From the NCBI GenBank assembly GCA_020137815.1, contig CM035353.1:1116001-1180000 (forward strand): a stretch of 64,000 bases of DNA, read 5' to 3'. The notes beneath the pieces are model-generated. The model was not told the origin of the DNA. It ran no database searches and saw only the letters and a list, made by a program, of their open reading frames with translations. Made by a program: the position numbers and the translations under genes. Source of the stretch: Hormiphora californensis (taxonomy: Eukaryota > Animalia > Ctenophora). Positions 1 through 12,400 of the stretch are shown here, one piece after another (the stretch's first letter is position 1; each line of letters opens with the position of its first letter).

Positions 1-1090
1 GAGCGAGCGGGGTCTATAACATTGTAATAAGGCGTTGGCGGACGACAATCAGATCACATTGCACGGTATCGTCTGGTGTGACTGTGAGCGGCGCTTACCA
101 ATACCAGATCTCATCGTTTATCCCTCCCTAATTTTGAACTTAGAATCTATTGCGGATGGTATTTATATTGGAGCTCTAAATCCATGAGAACATGGTCAAA
201 ATTTCTCATATAACTATCGATCTAATAAACACTACGCCCCGTGCCGCTATGATGTCTTTGTTTACTGCACAGAGGATATTGCGGTGTCAAACATTGTGGT
301 CAGATCAAGGAAATAAAATAGAGTTGGACAGAGAGGGAGAATAGGGAGAAATAGAGAGGGAGAGGGCAAGAGAGAACTAGAAGGTTAGAGAGAACTAGAA
401 GGTTAGAGAGAGAAGGTTAGAGAGAGATCTTAAACAAAACTCGCTGGTGTAAAAAATATGCGAGCGTAGTACCAGACTAACAAACGTCAATAATATAAAC
501 TTCTAGTTTTCTCCTATGCAGGATTCAAACAATTTTAAGTTCTAACAGTTATCATACCCACCGGCTATTTGGGAACGATATGCAGTAAGCTGGCCCTTTT
601 GAAATAATTATCTGGAGCTCTCTACTCCTAGGGCGAAAAAGATCCAAAAAATAGATTTGTTATATTTTTGGAGGTACATGTTTGTACTACACAAATTTTG
701 CATCCCACTTCAATTATTCCCCAATCACGATAGGATTTATATGGCAAGTCACGCGTGAATTGATGTTCTAAGCCCCCTTTAAAAACCTGTCTTGCGCCGC
801 GACCCCATCTGAGCGCGGCAGTGCTCAGAATCAAATGGGGTACAGGGTAGAACAAGGCAACACGTGAACACACTATTAAGCACGAAGTTCTAAATCAGTC
901 AAATTAATTCAAAGTTTCGTTACTATAGTGCACCCTAATTGGTCGTGCCTCAAATAAAGCAAGACATTTTTTTAGGTTATGCACTTTTAGAATACGCTTA
1001 CTAAATACCAACGCACTGAGCCACGGTTAACCATTGACCACTGAACCACTGAACCAACGATATTTTCTAGGCATAATGAAATTACAGTCG

Positions 1091-1255
1091 GTTAGGGTTA
1101 GGGTTAGGGTTAGGGTGATGGTTAGGGCGATGGTTAGGGTGATGGTTAGTGTGATGGTTAGGGTGATGGTTAGGGTGATGGTTAGGGTTATGGTTAGGGT
1201 GATGGTTAGGGTGATGGTTAGGGTTATGGTTAGGGTTATGGTTAGGGTTATGGTT
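1091..1255 (+). repeat. Interstitial telomere-like repeat: TTAGGG run grading into a 12-bp GTTAGGGT(G/T)ATG array
   Basis: Directly visible; it produces the RVMV/TITL ORFs in the track. Confidence 0.85.
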
Positions 1256-1420
1256 TGGGCTAAGTTTGGACGATGGTTTGGGTAAATGCCCTCCCTGCCA
1301 TTCGGCAGGGAGGGCAGGAAATAGGGGTCAAATGCCCTACATGCCAACGGCGATCTCATCCTAATTTAGTCGGCATGTAGGGCATTAGAGGACCGTCGGC
1401 AGGGAGGGGGCGACTCATAC

Positions 1421-1523
1421 GTAACGTGGCAATATAGGAGCAACGTGGCCAATATAGAAGCACGCATGGTTGATCTGGCGCGTGCTCCTATATTGCCACG
1501 TTGCTCCTATATTGCCACGTTAC
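1421..1523. repeat. Imperfect palindrome, possible MITE remnant
   Basis: GTAACGTGGCAATATAGGAGCAACGTGG...CCACGTTGCTCCTATATTGCCACGTTAC inverted arms. Confidence 0.6.
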
Positions 1524-1690
1524 TTATTGCCACATTGGCCCACACTGGAGTTTCAAAACAGGTAGTGTAGTAGTATAGGTGTACCAGTAGGTCAGCCTAG
1601 TATCGGACTAAAGACAAAATACCATTTCCTGTTTTGCCCCTTAAAACTGGGGTTCTCTGAGCTGTATCAACCAGCACAACTACACTCAAC

Positions 1691-2113
1691 ATGTTCTCCA
1701 AGATTTGTCTGTTTGCCCTTCTGGCTCTCGTTGCCGCGAAGCGTCCTCCCCGATTCCCCCAGGACTTCAGATGGAGCTCGGCCGGACCCGTCAGGGGATG
1801 GAGGTGTGTCCAGATCATTGAACCTGCCGAGCCTCCCCAAACCACCTGGAGGGACAACTACTTCTGCCAGCACCCCCACACTCAAGACATTGGAATGCAG
1901 TGGAGTTACGCCGGACCCATCAAGGGAAAGAAGTGTGTCCAGATCAAGGAAGGAGCTGACCCTCACACATGGCATGATAACTACCTGTGCACCAACCACA
2001 GGGCACCCAACATGAGGTGGGCATTTGCCGGACCCAAGGGAGCCTGTGTTCGATGGCACGAGGGTGCTGATAGGCAGGGAACCTGGCACGACAACTACCT
2101 GTGCAGGGCATAA
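1691..2113 (+). CDS. Secreted 140-aa protein of three W-S-x-A-G-P...C...E-x-A-(D/E)...T-W-x-D-N-Y-x-C repeats, resembling the invertebrate MACPF accessory domain (IMAD)
   Basis: Single-exon ORF; signal peptide MFSKICLFALLALVAA; three tandem repeats with paired Cys; family recognised from memory, not searched. Confidence 0.8.
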   Translation: MFSKICLFALLALVAAKRPPRFPQDFRWSSAGPVRGWRCVQIIEPAEPPQTTWRDNYFCQHPHTQDIGMQWSYAGPIKGKKCVQIKEGADPHTWHDNYLCTNHRAPNMRWAFAGPKGACVRWHEGADRQGTWHDNYLCRA

Positions 2114-2536
2114 ACTGGAGCACAATATCAATAACATTACTAATTGGTATCATTTACCCTCATACCGAAACTACATGTGTTTAATATAAATGAGTAAATA
2201 TTAGAGGTGTCATAATGTCATAGTATGACTCATACTGTCATATTGTCATGATGATACAGAATCTCTAGTTAAATTTTTACCAATCCCATGTTTGATGTTG
2301 CCGCAGACCCGTATAGACACGACGCCGTTCCAACACCGACTAGACGACGTTTAGACGGATTTTGAACCGAACGGATGGCAAAATCATTTTTATCATCCAA
2401 CGCTCGACCGTCAAAATCGTGCGCGAGATTGTTACTTTTAGAATGGGGGAGAGAAATTTTAACAGCGCTGGTGTATGTGGCGTCAAAATTAAAATTAAAA
2501 TTTTAATTTTAATTTTAACTTTGGTGTGTGCTGACC

Positions 2537-3107
2537 GGTGGGCGGACTCTAGTGCTAACGGACTCTTTATCTAAATTCAAGGCGGACTCTATATCTAAAA
2601 GCGGACTCTTTATCTACAGTTATACTTTGAAAAAAGTTTAGATAAAGAGTCCGCCCAGTGTAGACTTTTTAGATATATAGAGTCCGCCCTGTGTAGACTT
2701 TTTAGTCACCTGGTACATTTTGGCGCCAAATCCCCCAACCCGGACTCTATGTATAAAATCCTAAACCAACCCAAAACCTAACCCTAACCATAACCCTAAC
2801 CTCGAACCCAAATAATGGCCCTAATACTTCTCAATTAGTATAGAGGTACAGCAAACTCTCGTTTCCGGCCTAACGGCCGAAATCTCGAGTTCGCTGAGAA
2901 TGGCGGACTCTATGTCTAATTTAAATTTATGTAGATGTAGAGTCCGCTCTTTGTAGACTTTTTAGATAAAGAGTCCGCCCTGTTTAGACTTTTTAGAGAT
3001 AGAGTCCTCCTAGAGTTTAGACTTATTTGGACTCTTTATCTAAATCTAAATTTAGATATAGAGTCGACCACTGTAGACTTAGAGTGTAGCACTAGAGTCC
3101 GCCTACA
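2537..3107. mobile_element. Non-autonomous DNA transposon (MITE)
   Basis: TIRs GGCGGACTCTAGTGCTA / TAGCACTAGAGTCCGCC; flanking direct repeat GTGCTGACC at 2528-2536 and 3108-3116 (7 or 9 bp depending on terminus); empty site in the paralogous copy near 6766-6780; internal GGACTCT..ATCTA sub-repeats in both orientations. Confidence 0.85.
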
Positions 3108-3216
3108 GTGCTGACCCTAAAGAAGAACAACGAAAAGAAAACTGTTTCAAGGTGAAAACAAACAAGTAATAATCGCTGTTTCAAGGTGAAAATAAACAAG
3201 TATAATAATCGCTGAT

Positions 3217-4970
3217 CTAAGCGAAAGTTTCACAAAAGTGTGCCTGATTTTCATTGCAATCATCCGTCTCCCAAGGACCGAATGGCCTGTTTCCGTGGTT
3301 GGTATGGATCAGAATACACTTGTGGTTGTGGTTTCCTGGCTTCATTCCACTGCCGTTGGAGAAGGAATGGTCTCTGAGTCTTGGTTCAAAGGTCCTGGGA
3401 TCCTCCCCAGTGACAGTGTAATGCTCCTTGTATATAGGACGGGGATTTGCTCCAAACCGTCTGGTGCAGAAGATACCGGCCCATGCCCTGCAAATGAAAT
3501 AATACATGATATTCATAACACTACCAAATCTTAGTTAACGTAATCATAGCAAAGGTTATAACAGCAACACATTGGTAACATGATAAACACCTGGCGCGAC
3601 CCCCGCTAGGTGTCTATGTCAAACATAGATTGGTAACTATAGACACCTGGCGCGACCCCCGCACGCAGGTGTCTATGTCACCAAAGCAACACATATAGCA
3701 AGGTTAACGGCAACACATGCACATACCATCCCTTGTTATTCAGCTCGGAGTTTCTGGTGACCCAAGTTGCTTCATCAATTGTGCTAGGAACCCACACATG
3801 AGCGTCATTTGCGTTACATTCCAATTCACAGGGTTTGAAGGGTTGTCTTCTCTGCAAGGAATAATTGACAAAATAAACAACTATATAATGGTACTAAATC
3901 AATTAAATTAATTGCGTCATGCATTCATAATCAGTGTTTCCCGGGACGAACGTAGAAGCCGAAGAGTGGGCGCCCGCTCTTCGGCTTCTACACAATCACG
4001 ATATGAAGGCGTTGGTTTGATTTGATGAAAGGTTATAAGAAAGTGTAGTGAATTATCATAGTGAACTTGTATATATAAGTGAATTATATACAATTCACTA
4101 CTATTATAATAGTGAACTATTTGGTGACATTGACACCTAGTGCGTGCGAGATCGAGGTCGCGCACGGTGTCCATGTCACCAAGTGAACTATGATATCAAT
4201 GTCCGCCCGGCGTTATTATTTCTAACAAACTCACCCCAAAAAGTTTGTAGCACTTTCCTTTGTATTTTTGCCACCCTGGTTTGCATCCTCCGCCTCCTAA
4301 AAAATAATGAGATTTAGCACACAGATCGTGTGTATGTGACCTTGGCGGGGGCCATATAATGAACTAGGTACTCCTGTACTAGATAGTTTAACGGTTTGAA
4401 ACGGAGCAAGAGAGCAACGGAACAATATTGGGGGAAATCTGTCGTGCCTGAACCTCAGGTTCAGACCACGGCTATTTTTCACCGAGACCTGAGATCTCCG
4501 ATTTCGGTGACGGACGCAGATCTCAGTGACAATAGCCTTAGCTTAGCCTGAACCTGAGGCCTTAAATTTCAGGGAATAGCCGTCACTGAAACCTAAGATC
4601 TCAGGTCTCAGTGGAAAATAGCCGTGGCACGACAGTTTTCCCCCATAGTTCCTCCAGACGGGCGAAAAAATCAATAAATGTCATCGACCGTACTGTACTC
4701 TTAGGAAACTCATTATGCGCGGGCGACTGATATGACGAAACATAACAGCAATCTCTCAGCTTCCTTTAAAACAATATGCTACTAACCTGAATTTTTAATC
4801 CTATAGTTTGGATACCACCCATCAGATGTACAACCTTTTGGAATGGGCATAACATAATATCCGCCCATTCCTCCACCTAGGCCCTTTCCATAGTCCGTAC
4901 AAATGATGTTAGCTCCGGATGCGATAGCCACAAGAGCTGCAGACAAACAGATAAAGTTAACCATACTCAT
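3217..4970 (-). CDS. Secreted C-type lectin-like protein, 4 exons (4970-4787, 4296-4235, 3851-3727, 3487-3217), 213 aa
   Basis: GT-AG junctions join in frame; signal peptide; CKPGWQKYKGKCYKLF, CELEC..AHVWVPSTIDE, WAWAGI and C...WETDDCNENQAHFCE match the CTLD pattern. Confidence 0.85.
4430..4645. mobile_element. Short palindromic dispersed repeat (MITE-like), core TCGTGCCTGAACCT(C/G)AGGTTCAGGCACGA
   Basis: Inverted termini GGGGAAA..GTCGTGCC / GGCACGAC..TTTCCCC; related cores near 20325, 30715, 31620, 32490, 62158 and 63586. Confidence 0.7.
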
Positions 4971-5268
4971 ATTTGCAAAAAGTGAGAATGCGGTGGCAAC
5001 GGCGGTATTTATATATTATCCATTATGGTGTACATGATGAGCTGTTTCTTCCTGGTCTTCAGCTGCATACACTGAGATAGATAGAGAGAGAGAGAGCTCT
5101 GTCCCTCTCTATCTTTCTCTGAGTCACTCTGAGTCAGAGAGATGCAGCGTCTGACTCAGTTATAAAGTTATAAAGGAGTTAGAAAGAGAGAGAGATTTAC
5201 AGGAAGCGAAGAGTTGATAGGTTTACTTATTTTCAAGTATTGAGCTTTGAGCTTTGCAATCAGAGGTA

Positions 5269-5477
5269 CAGTCGGACAAGAGCCTTTCCCCCGAGGGTGT
5301 CCCTAAATCGGGGTCCGTTTTCCATTACCGTTTTCCCACTACAATTGTAGTCCACTAAATCGGGGTGTCCACTAAATCGGGGTCAAATAAGGTTAATTTC
5401 CTATATCGGGGGAAAAAATCATGTCCCTAAATCGGGGTGCCACTAAATCGGGGGCCCCTAAATCGGGGTCCGACTGT
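5269..5477. mobile_element. Tc1/mariner-type MITE
   Basis: TA|CAGTCGGAC...GTCCGACTG|TA with internal CTAAATCGGGG repeats; related ends near 5617 and 63949. Confidence 0.75.
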
Positions 5478-5879
5478 ACCTACAGCTATTTGTGGCATAA
5501 CACGGTCGCTTAAGCGATTTAGGTCGCTTAAGCGATTTAGTGGACTACAATTGTAGTGGGAAAACGGTAATGGAAAAATTTGTGCCTTTTTGATAATGAA
5601 AATGATGTACAGTTGCAGTCGGACCTCGATTTATTTGAAGTTTGATACGAAAATTACCGGGAGGATAAACTTTCTCCGATATAGGAAGTTCATATATTAT
5701 TGGCCTGGGGCCCCGATTTACCGGGCAAAACCCCCTTTCCCGTCCCCGAGCATCGTGGTACGACTGTGCTGGTTAAACACATGCAGTACATAATTTTCAT
5801 TCAATTATTCAATCAACAATAAGCACACATTCACCACTAATTCCAATTGGCATGGGTAATCCAGAATGGTCTTCAAAAA

Positions 5880-6690
5880 CGGTCGAGTCGACTAGACATC
5901 GTTCTTTAAGACGTTGTCTAGACGTTGTTTAGACGGTATTCGTATCGAAAAGTTGTTAAGACGGTATTTGAAACTGAATCGCGAGATTTTGCTTAGACGT
6001 TGTTTAGACGGCCGTATGTTTACCGGTTTCAGTTGAGACGTTGTATAGACGGTACGATAAACGTTCATCGATTTTCCTTTAGACTGCGTTTAAACGTACT
6101 TTTAGAACTCCGTCTGAGTTACAGTCCGTCTCAACGTCTGGTACAATTTTTAGACATGCCGTCTCAACTTTGAACGGACACCGTCTAGAGACCGTCTAGA
6201 GACCGTCTAGACACCGTCTAGACACCGGGACGGTACCGTCTAGAGACCGTCTGATACCGTTGCAACACCGTCTGATACCGTCTTTAACCCTTCTATAACC
6301 CATCTGATACCGTCTATAACCCGTTTCAAGCAATTTTGGTACCGTTTTTATAGCTGATTTTATCAAACCTCGTCTAAAGTCGGATTTTTTGAAACTGTCA
6401 CCCCCCTTTTCGTGCGCAGAATGTTTTTGCACGTTACATCACATGTTAACGTGTGGTGTGCGCGTCAAAATTGATGAATTTCACCTGCACGGTCATTTGG
6501 GGGTGACAGTTTCAAAAAATCCGACTTTAGACGGCGTCGCTGTCTAGACGCCGTATGCGGCAAATTAAAAATTGCCTTCTAAAAGTAACAATCTCGTGCG
6601 CGATTTTGACGGTGGCGTTGGATGACAAAATGATTTTATCATCCAACGCGACCGTCAAAATCGTGTACGAGATTGTTACTTTTAGAATGG
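5880..6690. repeat. Nested DNA-transposon-derived repeats with inverted repeats at 6372-6532 and a palindrome at 6579-6685
   Basis: Dense AGACGG/CCGTCT motifs; GTCTAAAGTCGGATTTTTTGAAACTGTCACCCCC inverted pair; ~105-bp hairpin; partial copy at 2310-2530. Confidence 0.6.
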
Positions 6691-6832
6691 GGGAGAGAAA
6701 TTTTAACAGCGCTGGTGTGTGTGGCGTCAAAAATAAAATTTTAATTTTAATTTTAACTTTGGTGTGTGCTGACCCTAAAGAATAACAACGAAAAGAAAAC
6801 TGTTTCAAGGTGTAAAACAAGTAATAATCGCT

Positions 6833-7399
6833 CTATGCGAAAGTTTCACAGAAGTGTGCCTGATTTTCGTTACAGTCATCCGTCTCCCAAGGACCCCATG
6901 GCCTGTTTCCGTTGTTGGTTCCAATCAGAACACACTTGTGATTGTGGTTTCCTGGCTTCATTCCACTACCGTTGGTCAATACATGGTCTCTAAGTCTTGG
7001 TTCAAAGGTCCTGGGATCCTCACCAGTGACAGTGTAGTGCTCCTTGTATATAGGACGAGGATTTTGTCCAAATCGTCGGGTACAGAAGATACCGGCCCAT
7101 GCCCTGCAAATGAAATAATACATAATATTTATAACACTACCAAATCTTAGTTAATTACGTAATCATAGCAAGGTTATAACAGCAACATACTGGTAACATT
7201 ATAGACACTGGTAACATACAGACACCTGGCGCCGCGCGACCCCCGCCAGGTGTCTATGTCACCAAAGCAACACATACCATCCCTTTTTACTAAGGGGGGA
7301 CCTGGTGACCCATTCTGCTTCATCAATTGTGCTAGGAACCCACACATGAGCGTCATTTGCGTTACATTCCAATTCACAGGGTTTGAAGGGTTGTCTTCT
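6833..7399 (-). pseudogene. 5'-truncated duplicate of the C-type lectin gene (only exons 7399-7278 and 7103-6833)
   Basis: Closely similar to 3217-3851 with intact frame and splice sites; homology stops at the 5' LTR (7482); exons 1-2 not seen beyond the element. Confidence 0.7.
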
Positions 7400-7481
7400 C
7401 TACAAGGAATAATTGACAAGATAAACAACTGTATAATGGTACTAAATTAATTAATACCGTCATGCATTCATAATCAGTGTT

Positions 7482-7869
<388 letters not shown>

Positions 7870-7872
7870 AAT

Positions 7873-7890
7873 TGGTGCTGTGACCAGGAT
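7873..7890 (+). promoter_or_regulatory. Primer-binding site complementary to the tRNA-His 3' end
   Basis: TGGTGCTGTGACCAGGAT, 3 nt after the LTR; reverse complement ATCCTGGTCACAGCACCA resembles the animal tRNA-His 3' end (..TCACGGCACCA). Confidence 0.8.
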
Positions 7891-9322
7891 GGATGAACCT
7901 GGGCAACCTCTTCTGGATACACAACTGGATCATTTAATGGAACAAGAGGGTCTTGGTGACCTCCCTGAGGCTAACAAAGCAGCTGTCAGAGCGCTTCTCC
8001 GAATACATGGAAGACTACAACCTCCACCCCGACCACCCAGACCTGGTGAGCAAAGCTTCTTGCAACGGACTGCTCGTGAAGAGGCGGATAGAGCTCACAA
8101 TTTCCCTAAGCTGTTAGCTGCGAGCACCAGAAAACCAGCAGTGTTTAACCCGGAAACGATGACAATCCGGCAGTTCATAATCACATATGAAGCTTACTCA
8201 GATGCAATGCACATCTCTGAACAACAGAGAATTTCTGCATTTGTCACGTATCTTGACGCTAAGTCCCAACAGCGACTACAAACAGCACGTGCCCTGAATA
8301 GAGAGAGCTGGGAAGACTTCAAAGAGAGCGTCATTAAAGCTCTTGAGGACTACACGAGACGAAATGCTCTGAATGCCCGTTTTCAATTACGGCAAGCCAA
8401 GCAGAAAGCTACGGAAACAATCCACGAATTCGGAGGACGATTGCTTGAACTAAGCCAAATTGGGTTCCCTGATGCAGCGATTGACAGGCAGGCCCTAGGT
8501 GCACAAGAAGAAGTGCTAAAGGATGCACTAGCTGCAGGTGTACGTCAGGATGAAGTGGGAGCACCCCTCGTCAGACTGAGAGACAGCAAGTCTTTTGAAG
8601 AACTGCTTGATGAAGCAATACGACTGGAAGCGTCTTATTCAGTTCGCAGAGACTTACAATTAGATGATGTTGAAGTATCGGTCATGCAAGCAAATGTTAA
8701 CGCTAATTCAAACATGAACAATGCTGTAGCGAACTTTGAACCGGGACCAGCTGGACAGCATGGTGCAGATGTGTACACAGAGCACTACCCTAACTATCCC
8801 GCTTCTGCAAGAGGCAGAAGAATATTCAATAGCACAGGCCGCACGGGAATTAATGCTGCAAGTGGAAGAAATGATGCTGAAAACTACAGAAGTTACTACC
8901 CAGACTACCCCGCTAGTGCTAGAGGTAGACGTGGGTATAACAACAACTCATACTCTCCAGCTGAACACCCGGCTATGAAACTGTGTTGGCACTGTGGTGA
9001 ACCGGGCCATGTTAGAAGAAACTGCTATCAATACCAACGAGCAGGCCGAGGCGCCCGAACCAGTAACAACAGAGGGTTCCAGGAGGATAATAGGTTCAGG
9101 AACCCGAACAGAAGAGGAAATGATACGCTTGGGTATGGTCGATACCCAGACCAGTATGCACCTGCCATGCCAGTGAGAAACGTTCACTTTGAAAACAACC
9201 CTTGTTCCTCAACGGCAACAGGGAATGATGAGGCTGGGCCGAGTGCTGCGTGGAGGCCAGCTGTTGATGCAAGCGAGAACCCAAACGGAAATAGAGCTTC
9301 AATGACAAGCCATTTAAACTAA
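7889..9322 (+). CDS. gag: Gag (capsid-like region plus CCHC zinc knuckle)
   Basis: CWHCGEPGHVRRNC = CX2CX4HX4C; QKATETIHEFGGRLLEL is MHR-like; start uncertain (ATG 7844 in the LTR or ATG 7889 at the PBS end). Confidence 0.92.
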   Translation: MDEPGQPLLDTQLDHLMEQEGLGDLPEANKAAVRALLRIHGRLQPPPRPPRPGEQSFLQRTAREEADRAHNFPKLLAASTRKPAVFNPETMTIRQFIITYEAYSDAMHISEQQRISAFVTYLDAKSQQRLQTARALNRESWEDFKESVIKALEDYTRRNALNARFQLRQAKQKATETIHEFGGRLLELSQIGFPDAAIDRQALGAQEEVLKDALAAGVRQDEVGAPLVRLRDSKSFEELLDEAIRLEASYSVRRDLQLDDVEVSVMQANVNANSNMNNAVANFEPGPAGQHGADVYTEHYPNYPASARGRRIFNSTGRTGINAASGRNDAENYRSYYPDYPASARGRRGYNNNSYSPAEHPAMKLCWHCGEPGHVRRNCYQYQRAGRGARTSNNRGFQEDNRFRNPNRRGNDTLGYGRYPDQYAPAMPVRNVHFENNPCSSTATGNDEAGPSAAWRPAVDASENPNGNRASMTSHLN

Positions 9323-9344
9323 CTACGCCCCCGGCAGGGGGCGT
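9313..9344 (+). promoter_or_regulatory. -1 programmed ribosomal frameshift signal
   Basis: T TTA AAC in gag frame just before TAA; 5-nt spacer; hairpin ACGCCCCC-GGCA-GGGGGCGT; the -1 frame is open into pol. Confidence 0.88.
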
Positions 9345-9402
9345 TGGGGACTACGGGGGTACGTGTGTTGAAGCAAGGGAGGAACTAGGAAGTGACTCAC
9401 CC

Positions 9403-12400
9403 ATGAGTGATGAGGATAAGGCACAGCACATAAACGAGGAACATTTGGGAGATGAATGTACTAACAGTATACCTGTTAGTCAAGTATCAATATGTGCTGA
9501 GAAACTGCATATATTTCTGGATATTGGAGGAGTCCCTGTAGAGGCGCTAGTAGACACAGGAGCGTGTGTGAATATATTATCCATGAATGCTGCTAGTGCA
9601 GTATTGGCAAATACTAGTACGAAGCTAAAGAAGTGTGCTGTCACCCTGGTGGGTGTAGCTGGAGTTCCTATTCCATGTGCGGGAATGTTAGAGAGTACAT
9701 CTGTCAAGATTGGTACTTTAACCCTGCCAGTTGATTTTGTGGTGGCGCAAATCAGCGAAACCTGTATCGTGGGACAGCCCTTCTTACTACAAAATTGCTG
9801 TACTATTGACTTTGAATGTCATACATTGTGCATGCATGGAGTGACGTTACCATTGGGCGTAAAACCCTCTGCTAGAGCATATGAGGTTAGGGTAAAAGAA
9901 AGTTGTGAATTGGAAAAAGGTCACGCCTTCATAGAGTGCTACGTTGTAGCCACGGACGGAACGAGTGTACCTAACCACCAATTTTGGGTGAAGTTCCAAG
10001 AAGAATGGAGCTGTTTAAGTGAGACTGAGAATCCACTAGAAGTGTTCTCTGTAAATGTTTCGGAGGGGCGTACAGCAATACCGGTTTGTATTGACTCACC
10101 GGATGTAATGATTGCGTTACCAAAGAATTACCTGCTAGGTATCAGTACTCCGGCTGTGTACTGCAAGAGGGTTGAGACGACTGAAACTGATAACATGGGA
10201 GGAAATGATTTTGCAAAGGAGAGAGTGGAAGAAATCCTAGAGCAGCTGGAGCTATGCTCTAATCCACTACTCCAAGGCGAGGAATTGCAGCAAGCAGAAG
10301 CCCTGATAGCTGAATATGCTGACGTGTTCTCACTTGGGAGACACGAGTTGAAAAGGACAGACCTGGTACAACATGAAATAAATCTTACTACCGATGTACC
10401 AGTGCGCCTTCCGTACAGGCGAGTACCTTTGCACCTGAGAGAAGATTGTGTTAAAGAGCTGGAATCATTATTACAGGCGGGCATAATAGAGCATTCAGAG
10501 AGCTCTTACAACACTCCTGCCATTGTGATGAAGAGGAAAGGAAAAGTCAGAATCATATTAGACTTCAGAGCACTAAACCAAATCACGGTTAGAAGCTACT
10601 GTACTGTGCCTGCCCTGAACACCATTACGGCGGGGTGCCATGGTGCAACTGTATTCAGCAGTTTAGATATACGAGATGGGTTTCTGCAAGTACCACTGAA
10701 GCAAGATCACAAACCCTACACTGCTTTTGCTATACCCGGAGTAGGTTTCTTCCAATTTACAGTCATGGCTCTTGGACTCTGTGGAAGCCCAGGCACATTC
10801 CAGAATCTGCTAGATCGGTTATTAGCAGGAATACCTCCCTCTGTCGGTTCTGCATTCATAGATGATATTTTATCCCCAGCTAAATCTATAAAGGAAATGC
10901 TAGCTAATCTGAGGGTGATTTTCGGTCGAATCCGCATATCAAATCTAAGGTTTAATCCCCGGAAGTGTACCTTGTTCAAAACACGTCTGAGATATTGTGG
11001 AACTTTCCTTACGGCTGATGGTATTGAAGCAGACAGTGAAAAAATAACTGCCATACGGGAAATGAGAGAGCCCCACTCACTCAAGGATGTTAGAAGGCTT
11101 CTGGGATGTTATTCATGGTTTCGTACACATATTGCTAACTTCTCTACTATAGCAAAAGGTTTGACTGACTGCCTCAAACAGTCTGAAAAATTCAAGGTTA
11201 CAGATGAAGCCAGAGAGAGTATTCGATTGCTAAATGCTGCGCTCACATCACCTCCGATCTTAATCTATCCTTCCACCGAGCTGGAGTTGATGGTTTTCAC
11301 AGACGCCTCCCTTACCGGTATAGGTGGTACGATCGGACATATTATCAATGGAACTTACCGCCCTATAGCGTACAGCTCGAAGGTACTTAATGAAACCGAG
11401 CAAAGGTATCCTTCTTACAAACGCGAATTCTACGCCCTGTGGTACCACATCACCAAGCAGTGGAGATACTATCTGCTAGGGGCAAAGTTCACTGCATATG
11501 TCGACATGAAGGCTATAACGGCCAAAGGTTTCCTAAAACGTACAAATGAGGCCATACTTACAAGGTGGATAATGGACCTCAGTGATTACAATTTCGAACT
11601 GTTATACCGAGCAGGTGAAATGATGGAAGTACCAGATTGTTTATCCAGACTACCGAAAAGATCGGAGGAGTTATTTGAGTGGTGGTCTAAAAAAGCGGAT
11701 TCTGAGCTAGATTCAGAAGAGGAGACACAAGAGAAAAATGATGGGAAGAATATCAGCCTGATAGCCACTGTAGCGCAACAAGTGACTACAAGCAACATTA
11801 CAACGCTACCGAAAAACTTACCAGGAGGAAGTAATGGACTCGGAAGTTACGACAATCCACTGAAAGCATGTTCAAGTGATGGCATGAAAAAGCTCCAAGA
11901 CATGGACACCGACATTAAGACGGTTAAAAAGTGGATTGATGAGGGACGGCCTAGTAAGTTAGGTGAGGTACAGGCTCCTTCTGAATCACTACTGAAGATG
12001 TGGATGTTATTCCCACACATGTGTCTGAGCAGCGAGGGACTGTTGTGCTATAAATACTACTCCTCCACCTCCAAGAAGTACAGACAGCTAATATTTGTTC
12101 CTACTGGGGGAAGGAATGAGCTGTTAAAAGCACACCATGACACAGACAGTGCTGGTCACCTAGGACCAAAGAAAACATTGCTACGCATGAGAGAAAAATA
12201 TTTCTTTGAAGGAATGACAAAGCAAGTAAAAATGTATTGCTCTACTTGTCCTGAGTGCTTTAAACACAACGACGTGTATAAAAAGAAACCAGCGGCTCCT
12301 CTAAAACCGATCACATCTGTACGACCTGGGCAATATTTATGTATTGATTTGGTAGGCCCAATCAGAGGTGGAAACAGATACAAATGGGTCCTCACTATGT

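Noticed and set aside
1091-1255. True telomere or chromosome fusion site
   Set aside because: Only three to four perfect TTAGGG units, internal position and no head-to-head arrangement
7174-7428. Track ORF REDNPSNPVNW... as the lectin exon
   Set aside because: Wrong frame; splice phases give RRQPFKPCELEC..., which fits the CTLD
10855-10866. FIDD instead of YxDD as a sign of inactive RT
   Set aside because: Both catalytic Asp residues are intact and Phe occurs at this position in other active RTs
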